This document shows positions 43,912 through 51,732 of a DNA stretch of 64,000 nt, in pieces. Numbering within the stretch: position 1 is the stretch's first letter; the number at the start of each line of letters is the position of its first letter. Under the pieces are notes generated by a model. It ran no database searches. It was not told the DNA's origin and was given only the letters and a program-made list of their open reading frames with translations. Source of the DNA: Candidatus Poribacteria bacterium (lineage in GTDB: Bacteria; Poribacteria; WGA-4E; WGA-3G); NCBI GenBank assembly GCA_965205025.1, contig CBDBFU010000007.1, positions 1 to 64,000 of the forward strand. Direction: 5' to 3'. The position numbers and the translations under genes were made by a program.

Positions 43912-45228
43912 TTATAATTCAGACTCTATAAAAATATTTGCAAAAAAAGAATTAGTGCTTCCTTTTTCATTAATGAAAGTGTTGCCAATTGCTCTCAACT
44001 GAAATATTGTGCCTTTGTCAAAATAGTGTGTTATTCTTCCAGTTTTACCACTCGGAATGCCTGATGCGGTAGCAACTATGCTACTTTGTACTCCTTCCTT
44101 AGAGCGTTCGGCTTTGCCATCAAATAGGGAAAATGATCCAGAAGCATTTGCGCTACCTACCCAGATTTCAATGGTAAGGGTGCCACCATCCTTGTAGGCT
44201 GTCGTATCAATTTGAACAATAGTGTAATCATTAGAATCTGCGTTTGGCGTTCGGAATATTCCTAAAACATTTTTTGACGACTCCTCGCTGTTGAGTACTA
44301 CATTTTCAATTGGATCAATGGACGATATGCTATCTGATTCTGTAGTAGCCCCATTGCTCTTACCAGTGACATCAGAATGTCCTACTCGCTTTCTCACATC
44401 CATTTTTGATGGCACATTCAGAACTGCGGGTACATCAACAATAGCAACAGTCTTTTCTGATATTGCATCATAATCATACGGTTCTTGGAAATGGGTTAAG
44501 TATTGATTACCTATCCCATACATCAAGGTCATAACAACAAAGATTGAAGCGGCGATTATCCACGGAACAATAGGTTTATTTTCAGGGGTAATAGAAGGTT
44601 TTATTCGACAAACCTCTTGGAGAATATTCTTTGTTAGATTTGGCGAGATTTTAAAATGTTCTAATGCTTCCCTAATTATTAATTCATTTTTCTTTAAACG
44701 TTGTCGACCACGTCGGAGACGACTCTTAACAGTGCTTAGTGATACACCTAACATTTTACTAATTTCTGCACATGTCATTTCTCCTAAATAATGAAGCGTC
44801 ATCACAGTCCGTTCACTCTCCTGCAACTTTGATAGTAGTGTCTTTACTACTTCACGTTGAGAGTTGACAGTAGCTTTTTCCTTATCCTCTGCTACATATC
44901 TGGAATAAGCATCATTTTCTATCAAGTCATTGACCTTGTCATCTAACACCTCGGTTTGTAGATGGTTTTTTCGTAACCAGGCAAGACAACACCGTGAAGT
45001 AACAACATAAAGCCATCCAAGAAACTGTTTTGGATCTTTAAGAGTTGACAACTTCTGATATACTCTCAAAAATGTATCTTGAGTAATATCCTCAGCAATA
45101 TGGAAGTCCCCTATTTTCCGCCATGCAATTGCATGAACATGCTTTTGATATCTTTCAACTAAGGTGGAAAAAGCAGTGTCATCACCTTCAAGGATACGGT
45201 GAATTAATACTACATCGTCGTTTTCCAT
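43912..45228 (-). CDS. ECF sigma-70 factor with a TM helix and a C-terminal domain shared with the SelN-like proteins
   Basis: ILEGDDTAFSTLVERYQ..AEDITQDTFL..WLY; EISKMLGVSLSTVKSRLRRGR; TM PWIIAASIFVVMTLMYGIG; then DYTIVQIDTTAYKDGGTLTIEI..FQLRAIG..NSFFANI. Confidence 0.9.
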   Translation of the reverse strand: MENDDVVLIHRILEGDDTAFSTLVERYQKHVHAIAWRKIGDFHIAEDITQDTFLRVYQKLSTLKDPKQFLGWLYVVTSRCCLAWLRKNHLQTEVLDDKVNDLIENDAYSRYVAEDKEKATVNSQREVVKTLLSKLQESERTVMTLHYLGEMTCAEISKMLGVSLSTVKSRLRRGRQRLKKNELIIREALEHFKISPNLTKNILQEVCRIKPSITPENKPIVPWIIAASIFVVMTLMYGIGNQYLTHFQEPYDYDAISEKTVAIVDVPAVLNVPSKMDVRKRVGHSDVTGKSNGATTESDSISSIDPIENVVLNSEESSKNVLGIFRTPNADSNDYTIVQIDTTAYKDGGTLTIEIWVGSANASGSFSLFDGKAERSKEGVQSSIVATASGIPSGKTGRITHYFDKGTIFQLRAIGNTFINEKGSTNSFFANIFIESEL

Positions 45229-45314
45229 TAGATACCTCAATGAAGACTTCCCATTACTCATGCAAGTCAGATACATTTTGTATGAAAGAACATGCTAACA
45301 ACCTGAACCTTTCT

Positions 45315-46964
45315 CTATCTACTTTGTTCTATTGATATTGTTAGTAGAAATGCATTCATGCTTCCTTCATCACTAAACCAATTACCCGTAGCCCCGAGTT
45401 TAAAGACTTGACCTTTCTTAAATTTATACCTGATGATTTTACTATTACCGGGTGATATGTCCCATGCGTTGACGAGTGCGTCTCTTGGAACCCCTTCCGT
45501 GGGAATCTTTGTCTGATTATCAAACAGATCAAATGAACCACTTGCTTCAGCACTCCCGACCGAGATATCAATAGAAAGTATACCGCCGTTAATAAAGGCA
45601 GTGGTGTCCAATTTCAATGACAGTATAATCTTGATGACCCCTTTTTGGTGTTCGAAAAACGTTGAGGATTTGTTGTTGAGATTTCTCTGCAGTGAGTTTA
45701 ACTTTTTGCCCTTTCACTATTGCAGGATCTAAGTTATCTATCACTTCAACATCTAACCCTGGGTATTCCCCTGCTAATGCCTCTTGTAAAAACACGAAGT
45801 AATCCCGTCCCCAGTTTGATGATGGAAATTCATTGACCGGTTGTCTCCCCATAACTTCAAGATCTGTTGAGATTACTAAAGAGTCTGCTGGTGAACGCTC
45901 TTTCCAACCTTTGATGACGGCTTGAATTAATGGGTCATTTTTGTCTAATTTACGAAATCCCTCTTCCTGTCTTTTCGTGATATAAGCGTGCATTACTGAT
46001 GTGCGTCCTAATTCTATATTTGATACCCAAGTATTAATAAACTTATCGTTCAATAATTGTATATTCCGTTTATTAGAGAGGGCAACTGGCCCTCAAGGCT
46101 TTGCCACTTCCTCAGCAGGCTTCGTCATTCATCGGACCATCTATTGAGATAACATGGATCGGTTTATCTTGTTTCTTGTGCCAACCTTAACGCATCATCA
46201 AGAGGAACCCAATTAATTTGGTAAAAACTATAAAAACGATGTGCAAGAGTCATCTCTGCTGCCTGTTGTGTAATGGATTCTTCGAATTGGATATTCTCCA
46301 AAATATATCTTGTGTCCCACTACGGAGTTCCATTTGTGTACAGACACCAGAATCTATTATACTATAATCCCTATCTTTATATTTTTTCCATCCAACATCA
46401 AAGTTAATTACCCCATCAGGGACATACATATTGAAGAACACTACCTTTTTTTCCATGCGATCAAGTATGAGATGTCCCTTAAACTGTGATGGCGTGAACC
46501 GACCGTCTTTTAACTCAAACTCTGCATGAATTCGAAACACGATGTCAGCATATTTATCGTTATAGGCACGTAGACATGCCAACAATCCATAGGAATCTCC
46601 GGAGTCAATGTGCATAGAATACTTTGGTTTTTGGGAGGAGTTGTTGCAATAATGGGAGTATTCCTTCCGCATTTATTTTCCACAGTTCACCAACTGAAAC
46701 CGGTTTGTCTGGCAGAAAAGCCTGAAAAACCGTTGTTGGATGCTGTTTTTCCGGTTCGTTTTCCCGTAGATTTGCTAATGCATCCCACTCCAAATGGAAA
46801 TTGTTTATAGTTATCTCAATCGGAGCAATGAATGCGTTGACTGATATCTGTGATGTATCTTCAATAGTAAGCAATACTTTTTCTCCGTTCACTAAACTGT
46901 CATCTGCGAAAATATGGCAGTTGATTAAAATCAAAATAGAACAATACAAAATTACGATTTTCAT
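45315..46964 (-). CDS. SelN-like selenoprotein, copy 2, with signal peptide; several frameshifts in this assembly
   Basis: Fragments 46605-46964, 46250-46672, 45589-46053 and 45315-45617 tile the paralog; TGA at 46112-46114 in DGPMNDEAC-U-GSGKALRA. Confidence 0.78.
46078..46094 (-). promoter_or_regulatory. Bacterial SECIS hairpin (copy 2)
   Basis: GAGGGC-(C)AGUU-GCCCUC, 17 nt after the UGA; one extra base also shifts the reading frame. Confidence 0.72.
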
Positions 46965-47026
46965 TTCAAGAATCCTTTCTATTTGTGTATTTATAGTAAA
47001 CTTTAGATTTAATTAGACACTTTACT

Positions 47027-47070
47027 TGTAGGAGCGACCTCCTGGTCGCGACCGGGAGGTCGCTCCTACA
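47027..47070. repeat. Near-perfect 44-bp GTAG-type REP-like palindrome
   Basis: tgtaggagcgacctcctggtcg-cgaccgggaggtcgctcctaca; half copy at about 49432. Confidence 0.8.
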
Positions 47071-47463
47071 GAAGAGGTGTGGGACGCGAACGTAAGTTGA
47101 TCCAATAGAAAATGTAGTATTCATTTTATTGTTTACTATAATACACAATGAATTTACTGCTATCAACAGTATTTCTACACATAGAAACTCGGACATTATT
47201 GTTATGGCAAATATTTTTGTATACTTTTATTTAGGTCATACGATCACTCACAAGTTAGTCAACGAGAAATAAAAAATGACAACCTAAAAGAAATCATGCA
47301 ACATTTCCTAATTGAACAATATAGTGACGCGTGTAATGTATAAAACGGTTGCGTAATTCTGCATATTCTTGATGAAATAATCGAGATATAATCATTAAAA
47401 TAACATACTCAGATATAGTAATTATGATTTTACCTGTCTAAAATATGTAGGTGACAACTTGGT

Positions 47464-49126
47464 TTATTCTACAGATATTCTTGCTTGAAATGCATTGACA
47501 GAATCTTTACTATCCTTTATTTCCGAGGCTGCTAATGCAAACCTGAAATGTTGGCTACGGTAGAATGGGTACGAAATTTTCGCTGTTCCATTTTGAGGGA
47601 CATCTGTTGCATTTGCAATGGATTGATCGTATCGTTGTCCTCGTTTTTGTGGGAATTGAATGTCTCCTTCGTATAAATAGCAGGAAGTAATGAATTCTGC
47701 ACTTCCAAACCGTATATCAATGTTAAGTGTGCCACCATTTTCGAATGCGGTGGCATCAATATTTACAATAGTGGACTCCTGAAAACCTGCCTTGGGAGTT
47801 CTTACAACATCTACCACTTCTAATGTGGATTGTTCGGAATTGAGAACTACATCTAAACCAGTTATGTAAGGTATTAATGGATTTTTTTGTTCATTTGTAT
47901 CTTCCACATCTTCTAACAGATAAGCGAATGAATTGTCAGTATTGAATCCAGGTAATTTTCTTTCTAATGACTCAATGAGAAAGAGACGGTAGTTTTCTGC
48001 TCTTGTTCTACCCCCATCCCAATCGTGTCCATCGTAAAGATATTTGTTCAAGGGTAGTTTACCTATCACTTCAAAATCAGGTGATATAACAAGGCAATCA
48101 ACAGGAGATCTCTCATGCCAACCCTCTTTAATTGCTTGTGCTAAAGCATGATTCGTATCAAACGTTTTTTCCTTGTCCGCATATCTTTTAGCGATGTATT
48201 CCCGGGAACTCGGTTTCCGTCCTGCTTCAAAATTGGATACCCATGTGTTGATGAAGTTATCGTTTAGAAATTTAATGACACGTTCATTTCCGAGGACACC
48301 TGCCCTCAAGTCTTTTCCGCTCCCTCAGCAGGCTTCATCAGTAAGTGGTCCATCAAGTGAAATAGCATGAACAGGTTTCTGTTGCTTTGGTGCTAATTCA
48401 AGTGCTTCTTCTAACGAAACCCAGTTAATCTGTTGTGAATCATAGAATTTCAGAATTAGGTTGTGTTCTGCTTCCTCTTGACTAATGGCTTGTGTGTATT
48501 TGACACCATTTAAGACCTCTTCTGAACCTGTCCATAGTTCCATTCTTGAGCAGTAACCACAGTCAGTGATCCACCGTGGTTTATCCCAGTCATCTAATAT
48601 AGTTTCCCAATGTACATCGAAGTTTAATGTGCCTTCCGGTACACCCATTTGAAAGTATGATACAGATTCTTGTGTGCGGTCAATTACAAGGAGTCCAGCA
48701 AACTGTGAAGGTGTAAACCAACCATCAGTGAGTGCGAATTCAGCATGAATCCGGAATACAATATGAGCGAGTTGATTGTTGTATGCCCGTAAACATGCGC
48801 GGAGACCTTTTGCTTCCTCTATACCGTACATTTCTACACGCATTTCTAAAGATGGATTAGGATGGAGTTGTTTTAACAGTCTTGTTGCCGTGCCTTGTTT
48901 TATGTCCCAGCATTCACCCACTGCGACAGATTCAGGTGGGAGAAAGTCATGAAAATCGGAATGAGAATACTGACTTTCTGGTTCTGCGGTTTGCCAATTT
49001 GCTAATGCATCCCATTTTTTCGTGAAAGTTTCCAGCAGTATGTTGGATTGGTGCTATTGTTGCATTTACGGTGATTTCTGTTTTACTGTTTATGTTTAAG
49101 TTAATTTTATCTGTATGTGTATTCAT
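47464..49126 (-). CDS. SelN-like selenoprotein, copy 1, about 553 aa (one extra A near 49015-49020)
   Basis: ATG 49126 MNTHTDKINLNINSKTEITVNATIAPI; in-frame TGA at 48325-48327: DGPLTDEAC-U-GSGKDLRAGVLGNERVIKFLNDNFINTWV. Confidence 0.85.
48292..48307 (-). promoter_or_regulatory. Bacterial SECIS hairpin (copy 1)
   Basis: GAGGGC-AGGU-GUCCUC, 17 nt after the UGA. Confidence 0.82.
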
Positions 49127-49150
49127 CTGATTTCTCTAATTTATCTAATT

Positions 49151-49265
49151 ATACCATTTCTATAAATTATTGTCTCATTAGGCGGTGATTATGGTAGTCA
49201 TTTTTCAGGTCACAAACTGGAAGTTTGTGGTACAAAAAAGAGACATTTTCAATTAGAAATGGTTT
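49151..49265. repeat. MITE/REPIN-like element
   Basis: ATACCATTTC..cacaaactggaagtttgtggtaca..GAAATGGTTT. Confidence 0.72.
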
Positions 49266-49452
49266 AAGTACGTGTGATTGGGTTTCTTCAACAGAGAGAA
49301 AAAATTATAATCCTCTTATACACATTTATGGATGCACTTTGGTGTTCTTATGGGTGTAAAATGCAATAAGATAATAGTCTAAAAATTGGTATATCTGTAA
49401 GAAGGAAGAGTTTCAGGTTTGTGACCTGTATGTCGCTCCTACAGAAAGCTGG

Positions 49453-50160
49453 TTACGATTCAGATTCAACCAAATCAGGTAAAATGTTGGATAGTTCTGA
49501 GATTTCATCGATTGTAGTACCGTTCCAATTTTCAACATCTGATCGATGTGGGTCATAGGCATCTGATAAGTCTGTGCGTTTTAAAATTGGAAGCATTCCA
49601 ACGTTTGATGCGCCAGTAAGTTCTTCACTACTTCCATCACCGACATAGATACATTCTTCTGGTTTCACGTTTAGTCGCTCACATGTTATTTCGTATATGC
49701 GGGGTGATGGTTTCTTTATGTGTTCATCACAAGAGAAGACTGGAATGTCGATGTATTTTGCTAAAGGGGAATCCATATAAAGCATGGGGACAGATTTGTT
49801 ACAGTTTGTAATTAATCCGAGAAGAAAACCCTTACATTTTAGTTGATCTAACCCTTGTAACACTTCAGATTTAGGGATTAGGGAATTCCTTGTAAATTCA
49901 TTATTGATTGCAAATATTTCTTCAATTTGGGTTTTATTGACTGAGACATTTAAGCGACGACCAATCTCTTTGATGTGGTCTTCCGCAGAGAGATTTCCTA
50001 AAGATCTGTCATTGATGGTTTCTGCCTTTATCTTCCAAAATTTCTGATATGGAACATTAAGTATTTTTGCCATTTTAACTAATACGGGGTCATATACTTT
50101 TCTACTGAAGATTGGGACTAAAGTGCCGTATAGATCGAATATGATGGCTTTGTATTTCAT
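49453..50160 (-). CDS. HAD-superfamily hydrolase
   Basis: IIFDLYGTL, GLITN, KKPSPRIY, YVGDGSSEEL. Confidence 0.92.
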   Translation of the reverse strand: MKYKAIIFDLYGTLVPIFSRKVYDPVLVKMAKILNVPYQKFWKIKAETINDRSLGNLSAEDHIKEIGRRLNVSVNKTQIEEIFAINNEFTRNSLIPKSEVLQGLDQLKCKGFLLGLITNCNKSVPMLYMDSPLAKYIDIPVFSCDEHIKKPSPRIYEITCERLNVKPEECIYVGDGSSEELTGASNVGMLPILKRTDLSDAYDPHRSDVENWNGTTIDEISELSNILPDLVESES

Positions 50161-50350
50161 TAATGTAGAATAGTGTTAATATTTATTGTTCTGAGATGAT
50201 TGTACTTTCACGGAAACCTTCACGGAGCAATTTTACGAACCCTTATTCTATCAGGGTTTATAATTTTAAGTATACCTATTTTCCGTGAATCACACACGTT
50301 AATATGAATATAACTTAAGTGTGAATGAGATGCATCTTTGGTTTCATCTG

Positions 50351-50464
50351 ATACCATTTCTATAAATGTCTGTTCCATGAACAGTTGTTATACGGTGCTT
50401 GAAATACTGCACAAACTGGAAGTTTGTGCTACATTTAAGAGACCTTAATTATAAGAAATAGTAT
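50351..50464. repeat. MITE/REPIN-like element
   Basis: ATACCATTTC..gcacaaactggaagtttgtgctaca..GAAATAGTAT. Confidence 0.72.
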
Positions 50465-51287
50465 GACTCTGAAGTCTGAATGTTTTCAAGTTTTTCAAGT
50501 TTTTTTTAGTTTTTCAAGTTTTTTTAGTCGCTTTTTCAGAATTTTCTTTCTAAACAGTGCCTAAACCCTGTGGTAGACAGGGAGTATAAAGAATTCGATT
50601 GATCGGTGAAAAATTTCAAAATTTGAAAAACTTGAAAAATTTGCTGTGTAATTCACTTTATATTCCTCTATATTCCTTTCTTGAACTTTGTCTGTATATG
50701 TATTGATAACATTCTTCAATAACTGATAATTCTGAAGGTTGAAAGTGGAATAAAAACATGGGGTTTATCTTAATTTTCAGCGGTTGAATCAAGTTAATGT
50801 TGGAAACAATCTTAGAATAGAAAATATGAAAAAAGTTACACTTTTTGTCACATGGTGTGACATTGAAATTGGGGTAAAAAACGGCTATAAACCCTGTTAT
50901 AGACTGATACCACGGCAATTTAAAAAAGTAATTAAGAATTTCTAAAAATGTCATTTTTTCTCTTGTTTGCTTTATTTCATTTGGAGACTCCATGTTCGCA
51001 AATAGCGGTATATTCTTAGATGTATTTGTTGTTTGGTTATGGTAATAAATTCTATGTAATGTTTGTGTTTTAGTTTTTAAACTATTCATACGAAATTCCT
51101 ATTATACTCTTTTTAGTGTGGGTATACCTTAAATGAACGATGTAGTATTATACGATATTTTTCTTATTTTGGCAACCTTTTTTGTGTTAATTCTATATGT
51201 GAGTATGATTTATGTATGTTAGTTGATTAATACTTGTTAATTCTTCAATTTATTTTTTCTATCGGTTGGTGGTTTTTAGTTAATTTT

Positions 51288-51598
51288 TCTGAATCGCAGA
51301 TTACACGGATTGGGTGGTGAAGAGGATTTTGATAGGAGACATTTTTCTTTTTCTGAATCGCGGATTACACGGATTACGCGGATTTCACGGAAGGGGTTAC
51401 TGTGTATTCTGAATGTTTGTGTAGTATATGTGTTCTTGTCTGAACCGCGGATTACGTGGATTTTTGTCTGAATCGCGGATTACACGGATTACGCGGATTT
51501 CACGGAAGGGGTTACTGTGTATACTGAATGTTTTGGGAAGTATAGGTGTTCTTGTTTGAAACGCGGATTACACGGATTGTTGTCTGAATCGCGGATTG
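51288..51598. repeat. Cluster of TCTGAATCGCGGATTACACGGATTACGCGGATTT repeats
   Basis: About 6 full or partial units, including a ~60-bp direct duplication (51352-51418 and 51467-51533); further copies at about 63730 and, degenerate, about 4932. Confidence 0.8.
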
Positions 51599-51732
51599 TT
51601 GACAATACCGTATATTTTCACTCAATAAAATCGTTTTTTCTCTGGAACGTCGCTTTCAACCATTTTAAAATGTTCTACAGTATAGTCAGTATAAATCGTT
51701 AATGTGTTCGTCAAAGAAGTTGCGGTTAATGT

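Noticed and set aside
47027-47070. Palindrome as a terminator or SECIS-like element specific to the array
   Set aside because: It belongs to the dispersed GTAG/CTAC REP-like family also seen at about 17970 and 49432.
39059-49126. Reading the array as five two-gene operons, or as nonsense pseudogenes
   Set aside because: The stop is TGA at the same codon in all five copies, next to a Cys. The five codons after it are conserved as protein, the apparent downstream start is a Leu codon (TTG/CTG), and a conserved hairpin follows.
51288-51598. Possible CRISPR array
   Set aside because: Units are irregular and internally repetitive, intervening sequences are duplicated rather than unique, and no cas genes are present.
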